Assembly: GCF_006345805.1 (NCBI RefSeq)
Contig: NC_043003.1
Location: forward strand, 74,524,001 to 74,588,000
Source: Octopus sinensis
Taxonomy: Eukaryota
Direction of reading: 5' to 3'
Length of the DNA stretch: 64,000 nt
Part shown: positions 12,290 to 24,502 of the stretch, in pieces
Layout of the letters: each line of letters begins with the position of its first letter
Numbering within the stretch: position 1 is the first letter of the stretch
Translations under genes and position numbers: made by a program
The notes under the pieces: model-generated
What the model was told of the DNA's origin: nothing
Seen by the model: only the letters and a program-made list of their open reading frames with translations
Databases searched by the model: none

Positions 12290-14600
12290 TCAGACAAATG
12301 CGATTAGATACCGGTTCAGACGTATCGATAATTAATACGGCAAAATGGATTAAGATAGGTAGAAGAAAACTACTAAGATAGCTCAGAATAACATTAAATC
12401 AGGAGAACGAGGTCAATTTCGCCAGAAATTAAATGATGCGGAAAAGTAAAATAATGGTATCTAAAAATACGATGAATCTGTTCAGTACAGATCTAATGGA
12501 AGAATTCGACCTGTGGGATCTACCACTGAATGTATTATGTAAAAGATGAATGCGTCACACTTCGTGTCATATAATGCGTCGGAAAGATTTAAATTAGAAT
12601 TAAAGAAGATGTACTCTGATGTGTTCTGTAAGGAACTCGGAACATGTAAAACAATTTCAATGTAATGTTTGAGTTGAAAGAAAATGTAGTGCTGGTGTTC
12701 TAACCAAAACGGAATGTGCCTTTTGTGGTGTTAAATCAAGTTGAGAAGGAACTGAAAAGATTGGAAGAATTGGAGGTAACTAAAACAGTAGACTACTCAG
12801 AGTGGGCGGCTCCTACTGTGTATATATAAAAAATGAAAACAACAAAATATGAGTTTGTGCGGACTTCTCAAAAGGTGTTAATGTTTGTTTAAAGACTTAC
12901 AACTTTCCGCTTCCAATGCCAGAAGAAATATTTGCTAAGTGCAATGATGGTAAGAAATTTTCCAAGCTGGATTTGGCAGAGGCCTACCTCCAATTACTGG
13001 TAGATGAGAAATGTGCTGAAGTACTAACAATTAATACTCATAAAGATCGGTGCCATTTCAAAATACTGCCATTTGAGGTTAAGGTCACACCAGCAATATT
13101 TGACCAAGTGATGGACACTATGCTAGCAAACTGTGAGTTTGGATGACATATTGGTCAAAAGGGAATCGAATGACCAGCACATTGAACATATAAAAAAGTT
13201 TTTTAGAATAATAAGTGACGATGGATTTAAAGTCAGTGAAAATAAATGCGATGTTTTTTTAAACAAAAATAAAGTACTTGAGACAGGTGATCGATGAAAA
13301 CGGACTAATACCGGACCATGCTTAGGTCGACGTGATAAAAAATATGTCTGCTCCTAATAACAAAAGAACATTAAAAGCATATGTAGGTTTGGTAGGTTAT
13401 CAGCAGCTGTACATACCTAAGATGTATGAGCTAAAAGCTCCGTTCGATGATTGATTTGTTAAAGAAAAACACGAAATGGGACTGGGCAAACGAACGTCAG
13501 AAAGCATTCGAGAATTAAAACAGGGGTTCTCATTAGAGTTAGCATTAAATCATTTCGATCCATACCTGCAATATGGCATAGGAGCTGTAATATTGTATAA
13601 ATTTAGTGATGGTAAAAAGAAATCTATTGCACATGCATCAAGAGTTCTAGTAGCAGAATAAAACTACAGCCATATCAAAAAGGAGGCCTTATCATTAATT
13701 TTCGCAGTAAAGAAATTCCATATATTTCTACACGGTAGGAAGTTTACACTGCAAACTGATCGCCAACAGTTACTGTTTTTTCTTCGGTTCGATAAAGGGT
13801 ATCCTTATGCATTCAGCAAACCGTTTATAGTGCTGGCGGACTACCCTTTTGAACGATGATGCACAGAAGGTGCATCATACCTGAAGCACTGCAAAACAGA
13901 AAATTGAATGACATCTGAAGATTGCCCGGATGAAAACCCTCATGAGGAGTTACCTGTATTAGCCGAATATGAACAAACAATTTGTGAGACTGGTAAAATA
14001 ATGTAGGTGATGCGCTATGGCAGCAAAGGCGTCCCCACTACAGATACAACTGTAGCCATAAACGGATCCAGCATAGTCTAGACTGCATGTGGATTTTTCA
14101 GGACCAATAAATGGCTCTTATATCATCGTGGTGGATAGCTGTTCGAAATGGCCTGAAGTGTGCAAATGCTCAAGGCTAACCGCAAATGTGACTATTGATT
14201 TCTTAGAAGAATTGTTCGCTTGTTAAGGAGTACAATATACGATCGTGTCAAATAATGGCACACAATTCACGGCGAAGGACTTCAAAAAATTCTATACATC
14301 AATCGACATAAATCATAATGTTAACTCCGACATACCATCCAAGATCAAATGTGTTGGCGGAAATATTCTTTGACACATTCAAGAGAGCCTTAAGAAAGAC
14401 CAGACGGGAAGCTTTTGAAGATAGAAACATGTCAAGGTTATTACTGATGTACAGAATAACACCAAATCTAAATATAGATCCGGGTAAGTCACCCGCAGAT
14501 GTGATGTTTTCCACGAAGATTCGTTCTGTGTTTGACAAATTGTTGTCGGGGCATGCAACGGAAAATACAAAATTCGGGAAGTAGAATGAAGTTTTTTCAA
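12290..14600 (+). pseudogene. Gypsy pol (protease, RT, RNase H, integrase), fragmented
   Basis: LDTGSDVSIIN (12304); YSEWAAP, PLPMPEEIF, FSKLDLAEAYLQ, DDILV (13142); YGIGAVILYKF...[25 protein letters not shown]; VVDSCSKWPEV, NGTQF, TPTYHPRSN, YRITPN..GKSPA. Confidence 0.92.
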
Positions 14601-14991
14601 GCAAAGCGTATTTTAAAAATGTATAAAAACGGAAAAAAAGACTTGGAACTATGTAATACAACTGGAAGTCTGGGTAATGTGATGTAAATGGTAAAAGGAC
14701 CAAAATATGAACATAAACGGCATTTGAACCAATTAAAGAAAAGATATACAAAAAATCAAGGCGAGATGAATGGATAATGCTATGACATGTTCCCGGTCAC
14801 AGAACCACACGTGAAAGCAGAATCGACATGTAGGTCGACCAGGAAAAGTAAACATACAGAAATTATGAAAATTAACGCCCCCAAAAAAGGGATGTGCTAG
14901 TTTCACACCAAGGAAATAAAATTATGATAATGATAAATGAATAAATAAATTAAAAAGAAAAAGGACGAAGCCAAATTCAAATGGGGGGAGG

Positions 14992-15209
14992 TGATGTGTG
15001 AAAGTAGAACACCCCTATTTGGTTGGTTCCATATGGACTGTAACCACAATATAATTAGACATGCGCAGAATGTCGGTGAGCTATGTAAAGCTGGTAGTTG
15101 CGTATTGTCAAGTGTAATTACAAGTATTGTGTATCTTGATTGAGTAGAACGCTTTGCGAGGATGTTAGTTATTATCCCGTTATATTGTACGTCGAACGTG
15201 CAATAAACA
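14992..15209 (+). repeat. Intact (empty) 3' LTR
   Basis: TG...CA, preceded by PPT; carries a single copy of the target GAGCTATGTAAAGCT at 15078-15092. Confidence 0.9.
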
Positions 15210-15449
15210 AATACGTAACTGGAAAAATAAAATTCTTTGCAAAGGTATCACACAGATCACTGTTCTACAGTTGTGATTTGGTGACACAAGATTCAAAATC
15301 GTAAACTTCAGAATGCACGAGCTGAAACAACACACTGCTACAACTGAATGACTAAAATATACATCTACTCCATGTTAATGGTAAATGTTAAAGATACTGA
15401 AATTCCAAGGCAGTTTATCGCAGCTTCAAATCAAAAGGCTCAGTCACTC

Positions 15450-17042
15450 TAAAAGACACCCCCCAAAAAATCAGGTTGATTGCAACTAAATATTTGTACG
15501 GGATATAAATGATGATCTCAACAAACAAACTGTATGGCTAAACGAACTGAAGCATGATTACTGGCTGCATGGCCAGCAAAAGCAATATGAAATAAACGGT
15601 GTAATACTAGAAATAGATACAGAGAATATATCAAACAAGAAATTCCCCCTAACCTCATAACAGGTCACTAGCTGAAGATTTTCACTTTTTGTCGGTGAGA
15701 TCTCTTACGGTTGCATGGTTACAGTAACAAGGACACACAAGATCTGTCTCAGTAGTTGTTAACTGCAACTCTTCTCATACTCAAGCATAGACAAATCACC
15801 CGCTGTTAAAATTACCGCCTGCTAGAACGTCATGTACGATGTATACATTAATTGCCTCAAACTGTCCTTGCGGGATGATGTACTACCAACAACATTGTAA
15901 CACCAGAGCAAGTTGGGGGAAAGTAGGATGTGTATGGTTGTATACAGCAGCTACTGATTAACAAATTCATCCAGGAACAATAGCAAAAAGTATCCCTGGA
16001 CTACAAGGAGGTTTTTGAGTACGTTATATGGGTGGATTATCGAAGATTTACAGTTACCCAAAGTTGTACAACCCCTTGTGAGTGCTATTGAAAGTTTAAC
16101 CAAAACTTGATACAGCATTTTACTCTTTAGGAATAAGGAACAAATAGCGTAGGATAGCATTCATTACTAAAAAGGTATTTTACAGTGTGTTAGTCGGTGT
16201 TACTCTTCGTCTTCTCATTAAGCCCACTATCATACCAGTTCACAAAACATAATGACCATAGAAATGAATCCATATGTGTCTCTCTTCTATTCTTTGTCTA
16301 TGTTCTGAAACTGAATGGGTTAAATATCGACCACATAAAAATGCATTTGTACCTCATATCCTAATTTTCTACGGATATTGGTTTGAAATTTGGTGAGTCC
16401 AATCGTACATTTTTCACAATAAAACGTAGAAACGTGTGCTCTCCTCTGAAAACTTAAATTTGAACTGCTTAACAAAACAACCTTTACAGTCAGATGAAAA
16501 TCATATGTATCTTAAACAAGATGTAAATGTCAGCCATGATGGATCCATAAATAAGGAGAGAATGGGAATGTATACCACAGAAAAGTAACACTTAACTAGC
16601 AACTCTTAGATAAACGAAATGCATATTGCCCACAATACCTTTGCATTGCCTTCTTTACGCCTACATCTGGTCTTCTGAACTGGTCACCACAGGAACTTAA
16701 TAACATAGATGTTTGTTTGAATTTTGTCTCTCTTTTTTCAGTAAGTGTTATTTCCCATTTGCTTTTATCTATAAATCAAAGGAAATCAACTATTCCGTTC
16801 AAACTCTACCTTTGGGATAAATTTTTAGACTGACCTATTTTCCATTACCTTTCAGACATATTCAACGCTGTGGTGCTGAAGTAGAAATATCGTTATAGCA
16901 AATATTTCTGTTCAATACCATAGATTTGCTTGTCAGTTACTTGACCTTAACCACTTGATCATCTCCCTTAGTAGCTGACAATAAGTATATCTCTGTCATG
17001 AGCAACAGTAGGGTTGCAAGGGATTCTTTGTGGTTTGAATAA
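15450..17042 (+). mobile_element. Decayed R4/Dong-like (RLE-clade) non-LTR retrotransposon RT plus a 3'-type segment
   Basis: Fragments: WLNELKHDY, KNYR, NNIVTPEQ, GCIQQLLINKFI, DYKEVF, KGILQ..S.LLFVFSLSPLS, LFFVYVLK, DIGLKFG, IAHNTFALP, LLNWSPQELNNID; 16897-17042 is homologous to 31525-31690. Confidence 0.65.
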
Positions 17043-18529
17043 ATGTAACATAAGCGAAATCTGAAAGAAATATTAGCCATTTTTCCATACTTTCTAGGGG
17101 TAAACAAATGGGAACGAGCAGTTACTACACACTGGCAAAATTCTTGTACCAAATACTTATTTGATTCTTTATCTGAAGCATTTATCTTCTACGTACAATT
17201 TTGTAGCTCTTAGCAAATGATGAATCGTGTCTCAAATATATAATCCAAGTGTAATCCACTACAAAAATCATGTTTAGTATTATAATTTTTATAATGATAC
17301 ATCCCTAATCAGGATTTAAATTCTCTTCGGAAATAAACACTTGCACTTTGATCATGCGTTGCACTTCTGGAATATATATCTGTTTCCGACATTGTTTGTT
17401 TCCTAATGTTCGATAGTTTACAACCTAAAATGCCATAAGTCTACTATCAATGGCGTAGACAGCAGCCATTCATTGAATCTGATATCTAGCTAGATCATCA
17501 TTAGCTTAGTAATTGCGTCTTTTGTAATTTACTCCCATACAAAAAAATCTCTACATCTTTATTCCTGTAATTCAATAGAGTGGCCTCTGTTATATTTGGC
17601 CATCTCAAAGCATGTTTAATACAAAATGTCATCTCCTTAGAAATTCTGTGTTCTTTAAATTAGTTACACATTGTTTATCGCATTTCTTGGACATGGATTT
17701 CAAATGCAAATCGTAAAATAATGCAATTTCCAGTGCTTATCTTTTCAGTTGATATAGCAGTGACTCTCGGGGCCTCGCCTCTTTAGAGTAGATCACTGTA
17801 GATGTAAGTTTTGAAATGTAGGGTTTTAATTGAACATGGACAGAACACTTTGAAGTAACGTGAATATTCCTGTTACATGTAACTAGGTGTATGTGCCAAA
17901 AACATCTTTAATGCAAGATATATATTTATTATATCACAATCATGGTAATATGTATCATGTCACATTGAAACTAATAAAAGCTTATCGTATCATAGATATA
18001 ATAATCAAAATTTATGGCATATCACAAATGTATATTACTGTGCGGGTGAAATATATCCGCAGTAACGAAGATCTGAAAATAGGAACTTAGAATATTACAA
18101 CTTTTATTGGTATATGTTCAGGTCAAATTAAAAGGTATAATGATTTAGCTTTCATTATAGATGTAGTTTTAAATCTTTTCTATTTTCTTTGAAATAATAG
18201 ATTATCAATTTATAAGCAACAACAAGCATGCAACATGAGCAAGACATTTTAAACTAAGTATCACCTATGGTTGCTCAAAACTTGCCAAGTTCGAGAATAT
18301 GTATAGAGTCAAAAATCATATCACCTCTGAAATATGCAAAAACTTCGGTAAGAAATAAAAATACTGATATGTAATAGTAAGAGCGAGATGCATGCGCTGT
18401 AGGTATATCATAATGACCTAACTGCTACTTTCTGAGACATGCATAAAACGAAAAAGATCACTGAAATGTGATGAGAGGTGAAAACAATAGAAATCCATGT
18501 ACACTATTCTGTTACTGTTTTATTCTTTT

Positions 18530-18825
18530 ACCTGTTTCAGTCATTTGACTGAAGCTATGCTGAAGTACGACCTTCAATCGAACAAATCGAACCCATGACT
18601 TATTCTTTGTAAGCTTAGTACTTATTGTATCGGTCTCTTTTACCGACCCGCTAAATTACGGGTACGTAAACACACCAATGGCGGTTTTCAAGCGAGGTTT
18701 CCATCTACCAAATCCACTCAAAAGGCCTTGGTCGGCCTTGGGCTATAGTAGAAGGCACATGCACAAGGTGCCACGCAGTGGAACTTAACTCGGAACCCTG
18801 TGGTTTGTATGCAAGCTACTTACCA
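18530..18825 (-). mobile_element. SINE family A copy (no internal microsatellite)
   Basis: Reverse complement of the 1061 family (GTTTCAGTCATTTGAC...CAAGGTGCCACGCAGTGG). Confidence 0.8.
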
Positions 18826-19149
18826 AAATACAGTATAGAATTAAGCAAAGAAAACTTTGAAATAAAAGAATCTTGAAGCTGAATATAAAAGACTATGAGA
18901 GTTTGATGTCCAACAATAATAAATTTGCTGATGGTTATGATGAAAACATAAGCAATATATTAAAAGTTATATCATGGCTTACAGCTCTATATATAATCCT
19001 AGAATAGAAGTAATAACTGGAGGTAGCTTTTAGAAGTACATTTTCAAGTTAATGTCAGAAATGAAACAGTACACTCTATACATATCATATAACCTATATT
19101 GTAATCACCCAATAAAATAATATACACAAAAATGCAACTAGTCAAATAA

Positions 19150-19480
19150 TAAACAACAGATTAAACAAGATCTCCACTTACCACAAAACAAACACTCCAA
19201 TAGTACCGATAAATGACAATGTTAAACCAATAAGCACACAACTCAGTCTACACAATATATTAATGCTACCTTAAATTTGCACCGTATACTATACAGAATA
19301 ACTGGCAATCTTTGAATAAAATTGTACAAAATATATTGCACGCACAATAAAACAACTGAATATAAACAATGCTGTTTATACAAAACAGAGCAATCACGAA
19401 AATAGCATCACAAACAACTAGTCGAACCCCATGTAAAACCAAAATTAATTTAAATGTACATACACTTGTCGATGACACCA
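19150..19480 (+). pseudogene. Possible decayed Penelope-like RT fragment
   Basis: YHKTNTPIVPINDNVKPISTQLSLHNIL resembles the PLE motif KIHK...P.RPI....SPTY.LSK.L..IL; weak. Confidence 0.3.
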
Positions 19481-19561
19481 TAAACCAGGATTCACAACCC
19501 TCAGGAAACCTCTGAGTTGAGAAGGTTGATGAATCTGTAAATCATGAACAGTCAATACTAA

Positions 19562-19605
19562 GTACAACAACAACAACAACAACAACAATAATAATAATAA
19601 TAATA

Positions 19606-19655
<50 letters not shown>
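19562..19655. repeat. (CAA)n(AAT)n microsatellite
   Basis: Direct run. Confidence 0.95.
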
Positions 19656-19658
<3 letters not shown>

Positions 19659-19689
19659 TCAATTTTGGTACGATGTCAGTAATTTTAGG

Positions 19690-20568
19690 GAGATCTTATC
19701 GATTCTATTCTAATCGTCCTTTTCAGATCGAACCACCATTTATTGTTGATTACTGCCCCCGTCAACGCCCTCTTAACTAGTTCACTAATCCGGTCACTGA
19801 AATATTTACGGCGGCAACGACGTTTTCAGCTTCCAGTAACCGAGTCCCTGCCTATGAAATCTATCTATGTCGACTGTACAGATCACGAATTTGTGGTATA
19901 TGTAGTCAACTATATTAAGCTGTCGGCAAACTATGCTATCCTTAACTGCTACTCCACAGAATATCTTATCTAGATACGATCTGGATGACCCGATGCGGTT
20001 TGACCAGGTTCATACTAGCATATCCTGGAAATCCAGTCGATACCTGCTAGACAATTAGAATTGTTTGAGCAGATTTACGAGGCTTTTTCGCCCTCCTCTC
20101 CTATCTGTTGAACCTACACGGTCCCACCTTACATCTAAAACTCCATTGCAATCCCCCACTAACACTGAAGAGCGAGACGTTCCCATGAAGCTTTCTAGAC
20201 GTCTAAAGAAATCTGGTCGTCCTGCCCTATCTGGGCATAGACGGCAACTAGCCTTAAAGTATCTCCCTCACTGCCTGTCACGTCCAGGACCACCGACATA
20301 CCTTCCGGATCCAGGAAGATCGTCCTTATTGCAAGATCCATTTTTTCCTGAACCATCACGGCAACTCCTCCTTCTGCTTCCGGACGACTTGGAGATGCAT
20401 ACACGTCATAGATACCGAGAATGGGACACAATTATCGTAAGTCGGAAATCTGGTTTCACTAATGGCTACGTCGTCATTCAGAGCCCTGAGGTCTTTGAGC
20501 AGGTGACCCCGCTTCCAAGGCGATCCCAGACCATGTACATTTACGCTGCCTATTCTGTAAACGACCAT
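19690..20568 (-). pseudogene. Tx1/L1-clade ORF2 apurinic-like endonuclease domain, decayed
   Basis: Minus strand: YRIGSVNVHGL, AISETR, GGVAVMV, LRLVAVYA, VGDCN, TWSN, SYLDKIF, YHKFV, GLGYWKLKTSL (canonical SxNVxGL, QETH, GDFN, SRLDRIF, SDH, GYWKLN). Confidence 0.88.
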
Positions 20569-20939
20569 GTTGTCGGGAAATGTATAGGAAACGTAAATTT
20601 ACTTGGATTTGTTTGGTTTGGTAGATTGTCTGTACCTCCTGTTTACTTTGGGTTTTTCCAAGAGTAAACCACGAAGAATTCTCTGGGGGATATCCCTTCG
20701 AAAATCTCCGATTTCCTGAGGCAATTGGGTTTTTAAGTGTGTGTATGTATTTTGTGTTATTTGAAAGATTTGTATGTGTGCAGGTCGGGAAATTTTGGGT
20801 GTGATGAAATTTTCTGGTGTAATGTTTGTATTTGTTATTATGTATTTCATAAATTCAATGTTTCTTGTGTTTATTGCCAGGTGGTTTGTAATGCTAGTCT
20901 CTTTAATTTATGGTCATATCGTTGCTGTTGTTATTGTTG

Positions 20940-21910
20940 TTAGTTAGTTAGTAAATTTTTTGGCTCAAAAAGCAAAAAGCAAGGCCATATAGGAGGATAT
21001 GGAGTTATGTACAGGGTGGTGTTCATGTAAAGAGTTCAGGCCACTTGTGGTCAAGGGAGACTTTGAACCGAGCGGTCGTCGGCATCTTCACTATCTCGTC
21101 CGGCAGCTTATTCCACGGATCCGCAACACGGACGGAGAAAGCTCCTCTTTTTCGATTGAGATGAAATCGTCGCAGATAGAGCTTTTCGGAGTGACTCCGC
21201 AGCCGACATTCTGGAGCAGGAGTGAAGAAGAGCTCTTTCGCGGGGTTACACTTTCCGCTTATGATGTTGTGAGCAAGAATGAGATCACCACGGCGTCGTC
21301 GTTTTTCTCGAGAATAAAGGTCGAGCGTCTTCAGCCTTTCTTCATAAGACAAATACTTGAGACCAAGTACCATGCGGGCAGCCAGCTTCTGGACTCTTTC
21401 GAGATGATGTATGTCTTTGAGGAGATAAGGAGAAGAGGCTTGAATCCCGTACTCCAATATGGGTCTCACCAGCGTGACATAGAGCGGTAGGAATATGGCT
21501 ACTGTGAATTAAAAACAGAACTCCGCGTGCTTTGTTGGCAGCATGGACGCACTGGGCCGAAGGCGAAAAGGAATAATCCACCAAGATACCCAGGTCATTT
21601 ACCTGGTCGGTCCTCTCCAGCAGTAGACGACCCGGCTCAAAATCAAGTTGAGTTGCAGGAGAAAAGCCAACAGGTAAATGACAGCACTTTGACACGTTCA
21701 GACACAGGTCCCATTCGTTAGACTATCTCCATCGACGAAGATCCTCTATATTAGCGCGCGGAGCGACCAGTTTGATATCATCGGCAAATAGAAGGGTGTG
21801 TTGCGTGAGGTCGTCGGGCAAGTCATTTATGAAGACTAAGAACAATAAGGGCTCAAGCACTGAACCTTGAGGCATGCCACCGCTCGCATGTGATTTTGCT
21901 TTGTTTATGT
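20940..21910 (-). mobile_element. CR1-clade LINE 3' fragment (RT C-terminal half, short 3' UTR, (CTAA)n tail)
   Basis: GMPQGSVLEPLLFLVFINDLP, LLFADDIKL, DLGILVD, RPILEYG, LERVQKLAARMV, YEERLKTLDL, RRRRGDLI, FSVRV..WNKLP; (CTAA)n tail at 20940-20952. Confidence 0.92.
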
Positions 21911-22038
21911 AAAGTAGCAATTATATAATTTTACTATTTGCTAGTCTATATTTAATTGTGTGAGTAACCTTTTCCCTGATGCTATTGTTGTTCAGTTGTA
22001 TATTTAAGAGATGAGGAATTACGTACATTATTTGCATT

Positions 22039-22529
22039 ATTTACATTTGACGGAAATTTCTCTTCGTCTCATTTGGTGTTAGCACAGCGTTTCGGTTGAT
22101 ATACCCTACAGGCTTCATTAGGTGACTTGGGGAAATTTCGAACCTGGGTTTTCATTCCTAAGGTATTTTTCGATGTTGTTGTTGTTGTTATTATTATCAT
22201 TATCATTATTATTATTATTCAGGTAACTGCCTGGGACCGAACTCGGAATCTTTGAGTTAGGTGCCCGCGCTCTCAACCACTACGCCACGGGCATATGACG
22301 TAGTTGTTAAGAGCGTGGGCTACTAACCCCAAGATTCCGAGTTCGATTCCAGGAAGTCGCCTGAACAACAGCAACAATAATAATAATAACAACATCGAAA
22401 AATACCTTAGGAATGAGAACCCAGGTTCGAAATTTCCCCAAGACACCTGATGAAGGCTGGAGGGTATATCTGCCGAAACGTTGTATTAACAACAAACAAG
22501 ATGAAGACCAATATCCGTCAACTGTAAAT
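22039..22529. mobile_element. Head-to-head inverted pair of tRNA-headed elements (foldback, arms ~250 and ~234 bp)
   Basis: 22039-22288 is the reverse complement of 22296-22529 (~80% by eye); each arm has an A/B-box-like head, an internal (AAT/AAC)n and a hammerhead-like tail. Confidence 0.92.
22442..22487 (+). ncRNA. Minimal type I hammerhead ribozyme-like motif (Penelope-type)
   Basis: GACAC-CTGATGA-A-GGCTG-GAGGGTATAT-CTGCC-GAAA-C-G-T-T-GTATT: catalytic core CUGANGA/GAAA, stem II, minimal stem III, stem I GACAC/GT(A)TT; mirrored degenerate copy at 22081-22126 (-). Confidence 0.55.
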
Positions 22530-22639
22530 GCTGTTTTTTCTTGTAGTCTTTGTAAGATTAGTGTGTTTACTGATTATTTTCCCTTCCGTGTTGTTGCTCG
22601 TAGTTGTTTTGCAGTTTTTTTTTGTCTTTCTATTGCTAC

Positions 22640-22900
22640 TAGCACATGAACAACATTAACGGTAACAATATAATGATGATTATGATTTTCCTGGTGATGA
22701 GAATGGCGACGATTTTCATAATGGTGGACACCATGCTGCTGCTGCTTATGATGATGATGATGATGATGATGAAGATGATGATGATGACGGTGACGGTGGT
22801 GGTTGTGATGGTAGTTGTGTTGTTGTTAGTGGTGGTAGTGATGATGGCGGTGGTAGTGGTGGTCATGGTGGCTGTAGTGATGGTGGTCATATGCTTTCTT
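22640..22900. repeat. Mixed (ATG)n/(GTG)n trinucleotide low-complexity tract
   Basis: Direct runs; source of the poly-M/V/T ORFs. Confidence 0.9.
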
Positions 22901-23845
22901 TGCTAAAGAGACGGACATCTACGGTGGAAGATGTAATGTCTACTTACAGTTTGCGTGGGATTTTACACAAACATTTCTTAAGTAAAGAAAGAAAAAATAA
23001 ATGACAAAAACCATATTTAGAATATATAATACATGTGAATGATATAATCCTCCTAAATAAGGCGGGCCTTCAACAGGGAACAATCAAGGTTCCACCTAGC
23101 CACACTGTGGATAATCTCTCGCCCAACAATATATAAATATTTTGATATTATACATCTAGAGAAAAATACTGGATTTTTTTTGCCTTTCGACAAAATAACA
23201 AACTTTGCTGATTCTTTATTCAAAATAACAAACTTTGCGATATGTAGAACAATACACACCTGCACATATATAGAGACAGACAGATATAGATATAAGTAAA
23301 TATATATGTATATATATAACATCTATACACATATATTATATATATTCAGACATATTCATACCAACATACAAACAGGCATGAATACATACACACACACACA
23401 CACATAGATACATGCATACGTATAATCATGCATACATACATACATACATATATACAAACATACATACACACACACATACATATCTGTACGTGTTCTCAGT
23501 GTTGAATACCATTAACTATTATAGAAACATGACTAATACTTAAGTAAATAAATATTGAATATACAGTAATCTTCAGATTTTTATATGCAGTATATTCTAT
23601 TATATTGCAGTTAACACTTTAGCATTCATGGTCGTCATTCTTTAAAAGAACAAACAATAATCATTAAATGAAATCAATAATTCGGATGCAGCACTGATTG
23701 TTTGTTTAAGAACATGGCTTTCCAGCCAGGTTGTCTTAGATTCCTTACCTCTGCGCGACAATATGTGCACGCATCTCGGGTAGACGGAAACTGAAGGATG
23801 AGAATCCTATCCTATATATACATACATACATACATATACATATAT

Positions 23846-24165
23846 TCCCAATGCGTGGCACCTTGTGGAAGTGTCTTCTACTATACCCTCGGGCCAACCT
23901 TGTGAGTGGATTTGATAGACGCAACCCGAAAGAAGCCCGTCGTATATACGTATATATGTATGTGTGTGTAAACAGTTGTGTGTATTTGTTTGTCCACCAA
24001 CATCGCTTGACAACCGATGGTGGTATGTTTACGTCCCCGTAACTTAGCGTTTCGGCCAAAGAGACCGATAGAATAAGTCCTAGGCTTCCAAAGGATGAGT
24101 CCTGGGGTCGATTTGCTCGACTAAAGGCGGTGCTCCAACATGGCCGCAGTCAAATTACTGAAACT
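23846..24165 (+). mobile_element. SINE family A copy
   Basis: GCGTGGCACCTTG...GAAGCCCGTCGTATATA...CCCCGTAACTTAGCG...AGGCGGTGCTCCAACATGGCCGCAGTC. Confidence 0.88.
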
Positions 24166-24171
24166 AAGGAG

Positions 24172-24185
<14 letters not shown>

Positions 24186-24204
<19 letters not shown>

Positions 24205-24502
24205 ATCACTTGACCGACCAGACCATCAGATGTTGTTACACATCGCTGGTTACAATGTGTTCGCATTGTTTTAGACTTTGAATGACGCCACCCCGATGGC
24301 TAAGCGAGCAGGCCAACAGGAGAAAGAGTGGGAGAAAGAGTGGTGAAAGAGTACAGCAGGGATCAACACCCCCTGCCGGAGCGTCGTGGAGCTTTTAGGT
24401 GTTTTCGCTCAATAAACACTCACAACGCCATGTCTGGGAATCGAAACCGCGATCCTCCGACCGCGAGTCCGCTGCCCTAACCACTGGGCCATTGCGCCTC
24501 CA
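24186..24502 (-). mobile_element. tRNA-derived SINE (distinct family)
   Basis: Minus-strand head GGAGGCGCAATGGCCCAGTGGTTAGGG (A box) ... GGTTTCGATTCCC (B box), followed by a non-tRNA body. Confidence 0.8.

Larger units (their letters stand above)
7682..15209 (+). mobile_element. Near full-length decayed Ty3/gypsy provirus (Mag-like) with interrupted 5' LTR
   Basis: 5' LTR in two pieces (7682-7781 and 11120-11245) aligns (~75-80% by eye) to the intact 3' LTR 14992-15209; PBS-like TGGTGACGAG 11250-11259; PPT GGGGGGAGG 14983-14991; gag, protease, RT, RNase H and integrase in gypsy order. Confidence 0.92.

Noticed and set aside
17050-17700. Inverted continuation of the R4/Dong-like ORF on the minus strand
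   Set aside because: Only vague resemblance by eye; no diagnostic motif could be read.
20065-20667. 200-aa plus-strand ORF
   Set aside because: Antisense shadow of the Tx1/L1 endonuclease on the minus strand.
20999-21490. 163-aa plus-strand ORF
   Set aside because: Antisense to the CR1 RT C-terminal ORF 21023..21469.
22296-22365. tRNA genes here and at 24440-24502 and 46592-46660
   Set aside because: A/B boxes are present but there is no complete cloverleaf, and each continues into a multicopy SINE body.
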